Below are positions 18,186 through 27,754 of a stretch of 64,000 nt of DNA, one piece after another. The stretch comes from Candidatus Latescibacterota bacterium. GTDB taxonomy: Bacteria; Latescibacterota; UBA2968. The stretch lies in contig OZ220741.1 in assembly GCA_965116885.1 (NCBI GenBank), forward strand, positions 736,001-800,000, read 5' to 3'. The position numbers and the translations under genes were made by a program. Position 1 is the first letter of the stretch. Every line of letters begins with the position of its first letter. Below the pieces are notes generated by a model that was not told where the DNA came from, did no database searches, and worked only from the letters and a program-made list of their open reading frames with translations.

Positions 18186-18464
18186 ATGGACTGGACCGTA
18201 ACGATAGCAGGAAAGGCGCAAAAGCAAATCGGACGTTTGCCCCAACAGGTTAAAAAGAACCTTCTTGCTCTAATCAGAGAGATTGAAGTAGCAGGTCCAG
18301 TCCGAGGGAACTGGCCTAACTACAGTTCCCTTGGAAAAAATCGGCACCATTGTCATATTAAAAAGGGAAGACCCACTTACGTTTCTGTTTGGGAAGTGAA
18401 GGACAAAAATATCAAATTGGTAGAGGTGACGTATGCAGGTACTCACGAAAAAGCACCGTACTGA
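18186..18464 (+). CDS. RelE/ParE-superfamily toxin
   Basis: 92 aa basic protein, W.V....KAQKQI..LP, HHCHIKKGRPTY, YAGTHE; upstream of an XRE gene. Confidence 0.75.
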   Translation: MDWTVTIAGKAQKQIGRLPQQVKKNLLALIREIEVAGPVRGNWPNYSSLGKNRHHCHIKKGRPTYVSVWEVKDKNIKLVEVTYAGTHEKAPY

Positions 18465-18789
18465 AATAGAGACCATCGAACTACGTTTTCTTGGTCCGAA
18501 AAAAAAGCGCAAGCAAGCCGTTAGAACACTCGGGTCCATGGGCTTTGTAGATATATCTGATGCAGTTCCATGGCGCGAGTATTTTCCTTATACCGACGAG
18601 CAATTGCCCGGTGTTTCTCTATCGGGTGCAAGGGGGAAGGAAGGATTGACACAACGGGAATTATCCAAGTTGACTGGCATTCCGCAACGACACATTTCGG
18701 AAATGGAAAATGGCAAACGACCTATTGGGAAGGAAACAGCAAAAAAACTCGGAAAAGCTCTCAAAATAAGCTATAAAGTCTTTCTATAG
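18433..18789 (+). CDS. XRE-family HTH antitoxin
   Basis: GLTQRELSKLTGIPQRHISEMENGKRPIG HTH. Confidence 0.85.
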   Translation: MQVLTKKHRTEIETIELRFLGPKKKRKQAVRTLGSMGFVDISDAVPWREYFPYTDEQLPGVSLSGARGKEGLTQRELSKLTGIPQRHISEMENGKRPIGKETAKKLGKALKISYKVFL

Positions 18790-18805
18790 AATATCAGGAG
18801 CAATA

Positions 18806-19621
18806 ATGTCCCTAACACAAGAACAACTCGACCGCTTCCGCACCCAAGGTTACGCCATCGTCCCCGACATGTTCACCCGCCGGGAAATACGCGCCATGCG
18901 CGCTGAACTCGACCGCTTCAAACGCGAGGGCCTCCTCCGCAATGTCGCCACCGACGGAGATGGGCAAACCCATTCACAAACGCAAATCAACCTGCAAATC
19001 TGTCCCATCACGCCCAAAAGCCCGTTTTACCGCGCCCTGCACTTTCACCCCAAAGTCCTCGCCCTTGTCGAGCAACTCATCGGCTCACCCTTTGTGTTCT
19101 ACCTCGACCAGATCTTTCTCAAACCCGGCAAACAGGGCATTGGCACGGACTGGCATCAGGACAACGCGTATTTCAAAATCAGCGACCCCGCCAAAGGCGT
19201 TGGCATGTGGGTTGCCCTTCACGATGCCAACATCGCCAACGGCACGTTACATATCGTACCCAACAGCCACCGCGAAATTTACGCCCACGATCGGGACCCC
19301 AACAGCGACCATCACATCCACTGCACAGTACCCGAAGAAAGAGCCATCCCCATCGAATTGCCAGCCGGAGGTGTCGTCTTCTTCAACTTTGGCATAGCCC
19401 ATCGCACACTTGCAAATACCACAAACAGAGAACGCGCGGGTCTTGCCCTGCACTTTTTGAATACGGCCTATATTCCCAAAACCGTCAGAGCAACCCGACG
19501 CTATACCCACCTCACAGGTCCCCTTGCCACAGGCGGAGAAAAAGAATACGGCCTTTGTGTTGCCAACACCTGGCCCAACGAAGTAGATCGCCTGCTCACT
19601 CCTGCGCCCTTGCCCTTATAA
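18806..19621 (+). CDS. PhyH-family Fe(II)/2OG dioxygenase
   Basis: WHQD, WVALHDA..NGTL..VP.SH, distal HRT...N. Confidence 0.9.
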   Translation: MSLTQEQLDRFRTQGYAIVPDMFTRREIRAMRAELDRFKREGLLRNVATDGDGQTHSQTQINLQICPITPKSPFYRALHFHPKVLALVEQLIGSPFVFYLDQIFLKPGKQGIGTDWHQDNAYFKISDPAKGVGMWVALHDANIANGTLHIVPNSHREIYAHDRDPNSDHHIHCTVPEERAIPIELPAGGVVFFNFGIAHRTLANTTNRERAGLALHFLNTAYIPKTVRATRRYTHLTGPLATGGEKEYGLCVANTWPNEVDRLLTPAPLPL

Positions 19622-19883
19622 CGCGCTTCACCTTGTGAACCTCGCGCCAAAGTACCCGGACCTTACCCTGTCTCTCCGTCGTCACCACAATCTCTTCTTC
19701 ATCTGCCCGCAACAAAATCCCTTGAAATGTCGTACCTTCTCTGGTCTCTATCAACACAGAATCCCCCACCGAGACTTGCTCTGAAGAATGCACCACCTCG
19801 TAATAAATATAAGACGAAGGCGATGTGGTCTCGCATCCACAAATCCACAGACTCAAAATTGCAACGAGTAGCAACCTGTTCAT
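19596..19883 (-). CDS. Small lipoprotein with an Sm/SH3-like beta domain
   Basis: MNRLLLVAILSLWICGC lipobox; VGDSVLIETREG..FQG pattern. Confidence 0.65.
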   Translation of the reverse strand: MNRLLLVAILSLWICGCETTSPSSYIYYEVVHSSEQVSVGDSVLIETREGTTFQGILLRADEEEIVVTTERQGKVRVLWREVHKVKRVIRARAQE

Positions 19884-19891
19884 AATATGCC

Positions 19892-20770
19892 TCACCGCGG
19901 TTCTGCTGAAAAAACCCGCCACTGATCTACAGGTCGAAATTTCTGTTTGAACTGACGCAAACCCGATAAACCCAAATCCCCGGCGTCATTTACGCGGCGA
20001 TAAGCAGACAACGCGCCATAGACACGCCATCGCAAAAAATACGATAAATCGGGCAACTCGGGATTGGTCTTTGCAACAAAAAAATGCGCCAAATCGGTCT
20101 GCATCTCTCCTGCCAGGGCAAAAGCCTCAATCCGCCCCGCCACCTCCACGCCCCACCCCCACAACACATCTTCTGACCAAAAATGAAACTGATCAAGCGC
20201 TGCCCGCGTATATCCCCAGTCCAGCAAAAAGGGATGCCGACGCCCCTGCCGACGACGCCAATGCTTCAACAGCGCAAAACAATCCGGCACATCCCACACA
20301 GTCAAAGCGCGAAAACGGAATGCGTGGGTGCGCTCAAACCGCCGCACCCGCTTGCGCACATCCCTAAAACATCGTCCGCTCGCCGCAACAATTTGCGATG
20401 GATCGTAAACGTATTCCACGTCTTTATCGCGCAGCGCAAACTGTTCGGTATCTACATATTTGGCATCACAGGCATCTAACCACAAAATTCTCGGCAGACG
20501 GCCACCCTGATGAGATGCGAGCTTATCGACAACCCTCTTTAGCGTATCAGCATCACAGGGAACAGGTGGCACCAGCAAGTCAACACCATCTGGACGCTGT
20601 ACAAACAGACACGTACTCCCCGCAATTTCATCCACACATACAATCCGATTGGGTGCGAGACTAAACGCACAGAGAAAGGGCGGAAAATAACACCAGGCTC
20701 GTTTGTTTGCTCGCAAAAACACATCGCGCAAATACTCGCCGTGTGTGGGATCAATGGGATGCCCGATCAC
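19892..20770 (-). CDS. DUF2156 / aminoacyl-tRNA-dependent transferase (LPG synthase C-terminal-like, tandem GNAT)
   Basis: EYVYD......SG..F..VRK.VRRF, AFALAG, HFFVAK, VNDAGDLGLSGLRQFKQKFRP. Confidence 0.75.
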   Translation of the reverse strand: MIGHPIDPTHGEYLRDVFLRANKRAWCYFPPFLCAFSLAPNRIVCVDEIAGSTCLFVQRPDGVDLLVPPVPCDADTLKRVVDKLASHQGGRLPRILWLDACDAKYVDTEQFALRDKDVEYVYDPSQIVAASGRCFRDVRKRVRRFERTHAFRFRALTVWDVPDCFALLKHWRRRQGRRHPFLLDWGYTRAALDQFHFWSEDVLWGWGVEVAGRIEAFALAGEMQTDLAHFFVAKTNPELPDLSYFLRWRVYGALSAYRRVNDAGDLGLSGLRQFKQKFRPVDQWRVFSAEPR

Positions 20771-21764
20771 CTTGTCGCCGCCTTTTGAGATCAGCCGTGT
20801 ACAGTGCCCCGTGATATTTACCAGTTACAAGAGGCTGTGGCTTCCCTGTAGAAATAAGACGAATCATCTGACTGACCCCACCCAATACCTGGGCACCGAC
20901 ATATTCATTAAAATCCGGTATTATTTCCACAGGCGCAAAACCCATCTCGATCAACAAACCAATCGCCCGCGCTGTCTCGTCCGGTGAACGACGGCCAAAA
21001 CTGACAAACCCCTGCTTACCCACCTCGGGCACCAGCGCAGAAGCACCCCGCGAAACAAAAAGCGACAAACCGGGCAACGTATAGGGTGGATCGGTAAAAA
21101 ACACATCCATTTGCCCGCACAGGTCAGCCGGAATATCCTCGCGCAAATCGCGTGCGATCACAGTGATAGGCAACCCTTCGCGTTCACCAATCACACTTAA
21201 AAAGTCAACGAGTCGCCCATCGCACTCCAGCACCACCACCTGCCCGAGCACAATCTCCAAATGCTGCGCCAACAATCCCACCGCCACCGACGTCAGATCG
21301 TCGTCACCCAGAACGAGTAAATTTCGCCCTTCGAGTGCATCGTGTTCGTACAAATACATCGCACGCCTTAAAACAGTCTCAGGCGTTGCATGGGACTGAT
21401 CCAGTTTGACATCGACCTTTGGCCGCCTCTCGGCAATATTTGCAAGGCGTTTGCACACCTCTTTCAAAACCACAGGAATGGGGGGCACACCTGGGCGCGC
21501 AAAGCGTTTGCGGCATGAAAGCCCCAACTCCGATTGCACAACACTCAGGCCCTTACCCGTGAGCGAAACCCCACCTTTTCGCGTCAAAATACCTCTCTTT
21601 TCCAATTCGCCCCGCACAGCGGCAACCACGGGAACGGGCAAGCCCACCTCCTGAGCGACATTGCGAATGGGAATCTGCTCAGACATAAAAACCGTTCGCA
21701 GAATGCGACGGACACCCTCGGCACCTTCGGCCAGCCGCGCCTGGGTTGCCACCTCGCGCAGCAA
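20751..21764 (-). CDS. Branched-chain polyamine synthase BpsA-like (DUF43) with N-terminal winged helix
   Basis: LDQSHATPET..RRA, LEGRNLLVLGDDDLTS, DVFFTDPPYT..G..LFVSRG, FNEY; start codon uncertain. Confidence 0.8.
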   Translation of the reverse strand: MLREVATQARLAEGAEGVRRILRTVFMSEQIPIRNVAQEVGLPVPVVAAVRGELEKRGILTRKGGVSLTGKGLSVVQSELGLSCRKRFARPGVPPIPVVLKEVCKRLANIAERRPKVDVKLDQSHATPETVLRRAMYLYEHDALEGRNLLVLGDDDLTSVAVGLLAQHLEIVLGQVVVLECDGRLVDFLSVIGEREGLPITVIARDLREDIPADLCGQMDVFFTDPPYTLPGLSLFVSRGASALVPEVGKQGFVSFGRRSPDETARAIGLLIEMGFAPVEIIPDFNEYVGAQVLGGVSQMIRLISTGKPQPLVTGKYHGALYTADLKRRRQGDRASH

Positions 21765-21783
21765 GTCAACGGAGAAACTTGAC

Positions 21784-22872
21784 CTATGCCGTTTCGGAAT
21801 CAGTGTTATCGTCAGCCTCCTCGCTCACAACCCCGAGATCATCGTCCCGAGCAAGCAAATTTTCATCATCCTTGCGATGTCTTAAAACCACATACATCAA
21901 ACTCAGTCCCGACGCATAAGTCGCCTGAACATAAGCAACCACAATCCCCGTAATCACAATGAGCATCACCCCGAGGATGCCACCACCCCAGACCTCTGCT
22001 CCCGACGGTGTCCCCGGCACGGGCAAACTCGCAAACAAATCATCCCATTTCTCCGGGACAAACAAGAGGTAGTGCGATGCCACATAAAAAAGATTGGCCA
22101 GTTTAACATCCATAAACCAACCACATACCCAGGCAATCAGACCAATCGCAGCCATGGTCAAAGCTCCCATCACCATCAAACCAACCCAAACTGCAAAAAT
22201 CATCCACACCGCATACAAAACCAATCGCCAGGGCTGTGACCACGTCAGTGAAAACGACTGTATCACAACATCTAAAATATCATACCCCTCAGTGCCCACA
22301 ATAGCTGGCGACATAATCACAGCAACAACAAATACCAGACTGACAAACACAGCCAACAATGCCGCAAAAAAAATGGGAATAAAACACAGCGCGAAAACGA
22401 CTTCACCCACCACTGGGATCCAGCCGGCAACCCACCCAAGCGCAATACCGCCAATCACAAAAAGAGCAAACAGAGCGAGCACCGCAACAGGACCAAACAG
22501 CACGGCTTTCCAGCGCAATCTCGCAAATCGCCAGGCATCGCCAACCGAATAAAACTCATCGCCCCGCAGTTGCTGAAAAGTGATCTTGCACATCATACTG
22601 GTCGTTACAAACGCCACCGCAAGGGCAAACACCATACCCAAAATGTGCAATCCCGTACCAAACAGATCAAATTCACCAAGCGTTGCGCCGGGGAATAAAC
22701 CATATCGCTGCCACAGACCCGCACTGCCCGCGCGAACATGCGCGATAAGCAACAAAACCGAATACCCCGCCCAGGCCGCGATTAGTCCCAACAGCCCAAC
22801 CCAAATTTTTTTCCCAGACCAACCCAGCCGCACACACCGAAAAATATCTCGAATATCAAAATGCAGATTCAT
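21784..22872 (-). CDS. Polytopic membrane protein, unknown function
   Basis: About 7 hydrophobic segments; native codon bias; in an operon. Confidence 0.75.
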   Translation of the reverse strand: MNLHFDIRDIFRCVRLGWSGKKIWVGLLGLIAAWAGYSVLLLIAHVRAGSAGLWQRYGLFPGATLGEFDLFGTGLHILGMVFALAVAFVTTSMMCKITFQQLRGDEFYSVGDAWRFARLRWKAVLFGPVAVLALFALFVIGGIALGWVAGWIPVVGEVVFALCFIPIFFAALLAVFVSLVFVVAVIMSPAIVGTEGYDILDVVIQSFSLTWSQPWRLVLYAVWMIFAVWVGLMVMGALTMAAIGLIAWVCGWFMDVKLANLFYVASHYLLFVPEKWDDLFASLPVPGTPSGAEVWGGGILGVMLIVITGIVVAYVQATYASGLSLMYVVLRHRKDDENLLARDDDLGVVSEEADDNTDSETA

Positions 22873-22880
22873 ATTACTCC

Positions 22881-23447
22881 TTACTGTTCAGATGGTTCTT
22901 CCCGCTCATTCAAATTGAGCACCTCTCGAACCGCAGTCAAAAAATCGCCCAATTCCATGTGCGATGTTTGCGCTTGCGCGGGTTTGCTACGCACACCAGG
23001 AGGCAGGGGCACATGCCTGAGCACGACCTGGCGATTTCCTCCTTCGCCCATCTGTACAGCATAACAACCCTGTCCCAACCCCACCGGCCACGGCGATCCA
23101 AAACCATCTCGCTTCGAAAGAAACAGCACGGTCTCTTGTCCTGCCACAAACTGCGGCATACCTGGCACCTGCATGCGTCGCCCTTCCCATTTACCACCGG
23201 GTAAAGTCAGCACCATTTCTGAATCGGCCTGCCCTTTGACCACCTCCATGACTCTAAACCGCGTTTGCGTAAAAATACCTTCTCGATCGGCAAAAACTGC
23301 ATTCTCGCGCGTGAGACATTTGACATATACAATAGTCTGTGCGGTTTCGCACATCTCTTCAAAGACAAACGTCTTCACAGTTGTCGCCCAGGTGGGTGTC
23401 CACCCCATAGCCATCAACATCAAACCTGCAAACAATCGTTTATACAT
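22881..23447 (-). CDS. Secreted hypothetical protein
   Basis: AGGAGG RBS, signal peptide, LPGG....VPGMPQF..GQE.VLFL..VGLGQG. Confidence 0.7.
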   Translation of the reverse strand: MYKRLFAGLMLMAMGWTPTWATTVKTFVFEEMCETAQTIVYVKCLTRENAVFADREGIFTQTRFRVMEVVKGQADSEMVLTLPGGKWEGRRMQVPGMPQFVAGQETVLFLSKRDGFGSPWPVGLGQGCYAVQMGEGGNRQVVLRHVPLPPGVRSKPAQAQTSHMELGDFLTAVREVLNLNEREEPSEQ

Positions 23448-23548
23448 TCTCCTACCTCCTGAAAAAACAGCCGCCAGTAAACATTTCAAATATCATCTTC
23501 TTATACATCTCAACAAATAAACAGTTGCAGGATGAACTGCGGAGCAGT

Positions 23549-23580
23549 GTAAAACTGGTCTGGGAAACGACCAGTTTTAC
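23549..23580 (-). terminator. Hairpin at the 3' end of the CCA gene
   Basis: gtaaaactggtc-8 nt-gaccagttttac, perfect 12-bp stem. Confidence 0.5.
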
Positions 23581-24908
23581 CCCGCTCCGTCTATTCGTTC
23601 AAACACCTGCGCTGCCAATCTCAACGCCTCATCGCGTTGCGTCACACGCCCTTCTAACTGGGCATCTTCAACAGCCCGCAACACCTGCTTAAACGCGGGA
23701 CCTGGTTTTTTTCCCATCGCAATCAAATCGCGTCCATTAATCAACGGAACGGGGCGAATTTGTTCTGGCTCCAGATTCTCCAGCGCAGCCTTACAAAACG
23801 CATAATTGTCCAACGCACCATGGCTCGACAAACAATCAATCCGGTGCAATGCCAGGTGATCTTCAAACCGATCCGTACGCAAAAACCGCTTCAACGTACT
23901 CGAGCGCATCTCCTGTACATGCATAAATTTGTGATGATCTGCCACCAATGCCACAATATGCTTTGTCTGTTCCGACGAAAAACGCAACCTCCTGCAAATC
24001 TCCTCGGCCATCTCGCGCCCAACTTTTGTATGATTGTTAAACCGAATGCGATCCCGCACCTCATAAGTAGGAGGCTTACCCACATCGTGCAACAAGACGC
24101 CCATCGCCAATTCTACAGAGGGATAGCGCATCAAACCCAACATAATCAGCGTATGGGTCAGTACATCGCCTTCGGGATGAAACTGAGGCGGTTGGGGTAC
24201 GCCATCCATCGCAACAACTTCGGGCATAAAAACTGCCATCAACCCCAGATCAATCAGCCAGCGCACCCCCAAAGGCGCGCCCCCCTCGATCAAAATTTTT
24301 CCGACTTCATCGCGAATGCGCTCAAGGCTTATGAATGCGATACTCTCACTCAATTTTTCAATAGCCTCTCGCGTCTTCTCCTCAATGGGCCAGTGATACC
24401 GACACGCAAAGCGAATTGCGCGCAACATACGCAATCGATCTTCACTGAATCGAGCATGAGGATCGCCAATCGTGCGAATCACCTTCTTTTTTAAATCAGC
24501 CTGCCCGCCCACATAATCAAACACGGCATCGGCCACTGGATCGTAAAACATCCCATTAATAGTAAAATCTCGTCTCCTCGCGTCCTCTTCTTCATCCACA
24601 AACACCACACCATCGGGATGCCGACCATCGGAATACGCCAGATCGCGACGAAAACGCGCCACTTCATAATGATAATCATCCAGCCGCACAACCACCACCC
24701 CAAAATGTGCCCCAACCACCTGTGCATGCGGAAAAATGCCGATCACCTGTTGGAGATCGGCATTTGTGGCAATATCGTAATCGCGGGGCACCTGCCCCAT
24801 CAACATGTCGCGCACACATCCACCAGCCCACAAAGCGCGAAAACCCCGCGCCTGTAAACGACGCACAACTTCCAGCGCGCCCGTGCGTGCACCCTGATCA
24901 TTCGTCAC
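23577..24908 (-). CDS. cca: CCA tRNA nucleotidyltransferase with HD domain
   Basis: AGGCVRD, DYDIAT, RRDFTING, EDRLRMLRAIRF, HPEGDV..HT, LLHDVGK. Confidence 0.88.
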   Translation of the reverse strand: MTNDQGARTGALEVVRRLQARGFRALWAGGCVRDMLMGQVPRDYDIATNADLQQVIGIFPHAQVVGAHFGVVVVRLDDYHYEVARFRRDLAYSDGRHPDGVVFVDEEEDARRRDFTINGMFYDPVADAVFDYVGGQADLKKKVIRTIGDPHARFSEDRLRMLRAIRFACRYHWPIEEKTREAIEKLSESIAFISLERIRDEVGKILIEGGAPLGVRWLIDLGLMAVFMPEVVAMDGVPQPPQFHPEGDVLTHTLIMLGLMRYPSVELAMGVLLHDVGKPPTYEVRDRIRFNNHTKVGREMAEEICRRLRFSSEQTKHIVALVADHHKFMHVQEMRSSTLKRFLRTDRFEDHLALHRIDCLSSHGALDNYAFCKAALENLEPEQIRPVPLINGRDLIAMGKKPGPAFKQVLRAVEDAQLEGRVTQRDEALRLAAQVFERIDGAG

Positions 24909-24930
24909 ATCAAATCACCTCTTACCTGTA

Positions 24931-26220
24931 TTACTCCTCCACCGTCACCCGCTGAATACGCGCGCCCAAACTGCGCAAGCGCGTATCAATTTGTTCGTAT
25001 CCGCGATCAATCTGTTCGATATTTCTAATCACACTTTGCCCCTCGGCACACAAAGCCGCAATAATCAGCGCCATACCCGCCCGGATATCTGGACTCGACA
25101 AATGCTCGCCATAAAGTTTTGACGGGCCCACCACCACCGCGCGGTGCGGGTCACAAATAACAATCTTCGCGCCCATATCGATGAGACGGTCCAACCAGTA
25201 CATACGCTGCTCAAACATCTTTTCAAAAAACAGCACCGTACCCCGTGCCTGCGTCGCCAACACAATCGCAATACTCATCAAATCGGGCGGAAAACCCGGC
25301 CACGGATCATTGTCAATACGCGGAATCGCATCGCCCACATCCGGCATAATCTCCAGCTTTTGAAAAGGCGGCACCACAATATCCTGTCCATCGACCTCAA
25401 CGTCCAGCCCCAATCGCCGAAACACCATCAAACTCTTGCGCATATTTTTGGGCGCAGCATTGACAATGCGAATCTCGCTATTGGTCGCTCCCGCCAACCC
25501 AATAAAACTGCCGACCTCCATATAATCTGGACCAATTGTATGCGTCGTTCCACTGAGATTTGACACGCCATCAATAACCAGTTCATTGGTCCCAATACCC
25601 GAAATTTGGGCACCCATCCTGTTCAGCATCAAACACAATTCCTGTACATGAGGCTCTGAAGCTACATTGCTCAAAATAGTCGTGCCCCGCGCAAGAACCG
25701 CTGCCATCACGGCATTTTCAGTGCCGGTCACACTGCGCTCATCTAAAAAAATGTCCGCCCCCACAAGCCCTCTGGGGGCCTTAAAATCGTAAATGTGATT
25801 GGTATGGATCCGCACACCGAGTTCTTCGAGCGCAATCAAATGTGTATCGACCCGCCGCCGACCAATGCGGTCGCCCCCAGGTCGCGGAATCGTCGCCTGT
25901 CCAAAACGCCCCAACAACGGACCTGCAAACATAAAACTACCGCGCACTTTTCGGCACAAATCCGCCCGCAACACAGATTTGCGGACATCCCGTGTACAAA
26001 TCGTCAGTTCGTGATCACCTGAGTAGTGAACCTCCGCCCCCAGATCGCGCAAAATTTCAATAATAACAGCGATATCACCAATATCGGGCACATTTTTTAT
26101 CACTACGGGTTCGTCTGTCAACAAAGTCGCCGCCAAAAGAGGTTGCGCCGCATTCTTATTCCCAGCCGGAACAACAGTTCCAGATAGAGCATGCCCACCT
26201 TCGATAACAAATTGTTCCAT
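24931..26220 (-). CDS. murA: UDP-N-acetylglucosamine 1-carboxyvinyltransferase
   Basis: [45 protein letters not shown]. Confidence 0.95.
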   Translation of the reverse strand: MEQFVIEGGHALSGTVVPAGNKNAAQPLLAATLLTDEPVVIKNVPDIGDIAVIIEILRDLGAEVHYSGDHELTICTRDVRKSVLRADLCRKVRGSFMFAGPLLGRFGQATIPRPGGDRIGRRRVDTHLIALEELGVRIHTNHIYDFKAPRGLVGADIFLDERSVTGTENAVMAAVLARGTTILSNVASEPHVQELCLMLNRMGAQISGIGTNELVIDGVSNLSGTTHTIGPDYMEVGSFIGLAGATNSEIRIVNAAPKNMRKSLMVFRRLGLDVEVDGQDIVVPPFQKLEIMPDVGDAIPRIDNDPWPGFPPDLMSIAIVLATQARGTVLFFEKMFEQRMYWLDRLIDMGAKIVICDPHRAVVVGPSKLYGEHLSSPDIRAGMALIIAALCAEGQSVIRNIEQIDRGYEQIDTRLRSLGARIQRVTVEE

Positions 26221-26336
26221 AAAAAACGTCTCCAATCAATCAAATGGAGGAGAGAAAATAAATGGCTTCGTGGTCATGCCAATCATAAACCAGATAGGAA
26301 AATATTTCAAGAGTAAAAAGGTAAAAAGGGACGGTC

Positions 26337-26408
26337 AGCGGGCGACCCCCTGTGGTCGCCCCTACAAATCACAACATCATCGTAGGGGACGGCCCCTGTG
26401 CCGTCCCG
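26337..26408. repeat. Inverted pair of GTAG-family REP palindromes (REPIN-like), copy A
   Basis: gggcgacc-ccctgt-ggtcgcccctac ... gtaggggacggc-ccctgt-gccgtccc; second copy at 39792-39870. Confidence 0.85.
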
Positions 26409-26438
26409 TATCGGTCAGTCCAATCAGCCCTCAGCCTC

Positions 26439-27494
26439 TCACTTCACACCCCTCTCCATCTCCCAATACAACTGTCCACATCCAGCCGCAATATCATCTC
26501 CCTTGCTATAGCGAACAGTCGCCGTCAATTTTGCCTGAGACAAAATATCGACAAATCGATCAATTGCCTTCTGGGGGGGGCGTTCATAGCGCGCATCGTC
26601 AATGGGATTCCACGGAATTACATTAATTTTACAGGGAATATCGCGCACGAGGGCAATCAGCCTATATGCATCTTCGGCTGTATCATTAAACCCGTGCAAC
26701 AACACATATTCAAATGTCACCCATCGTCTGACCTGACCGTAATAGGCTCGCACTGCGGACAAAAGTTCTGCAATAGGCCACTTGCGATTGATCGGCATAA
26801 TCTCTGATCGCTGTTCATCTGTCGTCGCATTGAGCGAAACAGCCAGTCCGATTTTGAGTTTTTCTTGCGCCAGCTTTGCAATACCCGGCACATGACCGAC
26901 CGTTGACAGCGTAATGCGACGTATGCCCACAGCCGCTCCATAATCCAGATTGATCAATCGAATAGCCCGAATCACCTGATCGAAATTCAGCAGGGGTTCT
27001 CCCATCCCCATCATCACCACATGCGTCAACTCATCGCCCTCCGCGCGCAAAAACCGCTGTGCATACAACACCTGCTCAACAATCTCTGCTGCCGTCAAAT
27101 TGCGGATCAACCCCATGCGCGCGGTCGCACAAAACTGACAATCGAGCGGACACCCCACCTGCGACGACACGCACAGCGTGCGGCGCTTGCCGTCCCACAT
27201 CAAAACACTTTCGATGAGCCGCTTATCGGGCAACTCAAACAAAAACTTAACCGTATCCCTTGACGAAGAACGCAATTCACCAACGCAATTTAATTTCAAA
27301 AGCGTAAATCGCTCATCAAACCGCGCCCGCACGGTCATGGACAAATTCGTCATCGACTCAAAATCCGTGACACCCTTATTATAAAGCCAGTCAATCAACT
27401 GCCGGGTTCGGTACCGCTCCAAGCCCATATCGGACACATACTGTGCCAATTCTTCGGGAAACAAACCTTTGAGTTCTATTTTTTTAGCATTCAT
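26439..27494 (-). CDS. rlmN: 23S rRNA m2A2503 / tRNA methyltransferase (radical SAM)
   Basis: LCVSSQVGCPLDCQFCAT, MGMGEP, FEYVL, IAAGCGQL. Confidence 0.95.
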   Translation of the reverse strand: MNAKKIELKGLFPEELAQYVSDMGLERYRTRQLIDWLYNKGVTDFESMTNLSMTVRARFDERFTLLKLNCVGELRSSSRDTVKFLFELPDKRLIESVLMWDGKRRTLCVSSQVGCPLDCQFCATARMGLIRNLTAAEIVEQVLYAQRFLRAEGDELTHVVMMGMGEPLLNFDQVIRAIRLINLDYGAAVGIRRITLSTVGHVPGIAKLAQEKLKIGLAVSLNATTDEQRSEIMPINRKWPIAELLSAVRAYYGQVRRWVTFEYVLLHGFNDTAEDAYRLIALVRDIPCKINVIPWNPIDDARYERPPQKAIDRFVDILSQAKLTATVRYSKGDDIAAGCGQLYWEMERGVK

Positions 27495-27546
27495 TGTATG
27501 TTCTCGTTATCATGTCGCGATGAGGTTTCTATTCCTTCACAGTACA

Positions 27547-27570
27547 GGCGAAAAATCTTTCGCCCCTTCA
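27547..27570. repeat. Degenerate single REP-like palindrome
   Basis: ggcgaaa-aatc-tttcgcc-ccttca. Confidence 0.45.
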
Positions 27571-27667
27571 CATTTCAATTTACCCAGCTATGCTGATCAC
27601 GTCAAGGTCACAACACGCGTATTACAACATATAGCAGACACAATTTTACGACCCCTATATAATGCGG

Positions 27668-27696
27668 TTGACGTACATAGCGAGATGGTTTATTGT
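27668..27696 (+). promoter_or_regulatory. sigma70-like promoter for the M23/larC genes
   Basis: TTGACG-17 nt-TATTGT. Confidence 0.5.
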
Positions 27697-27754
27697 TGTG
27701 GCGCATATTTTAGTCAGAAACAATTGAGAACGTTTACAAGGGTCCCTCCCCCAC

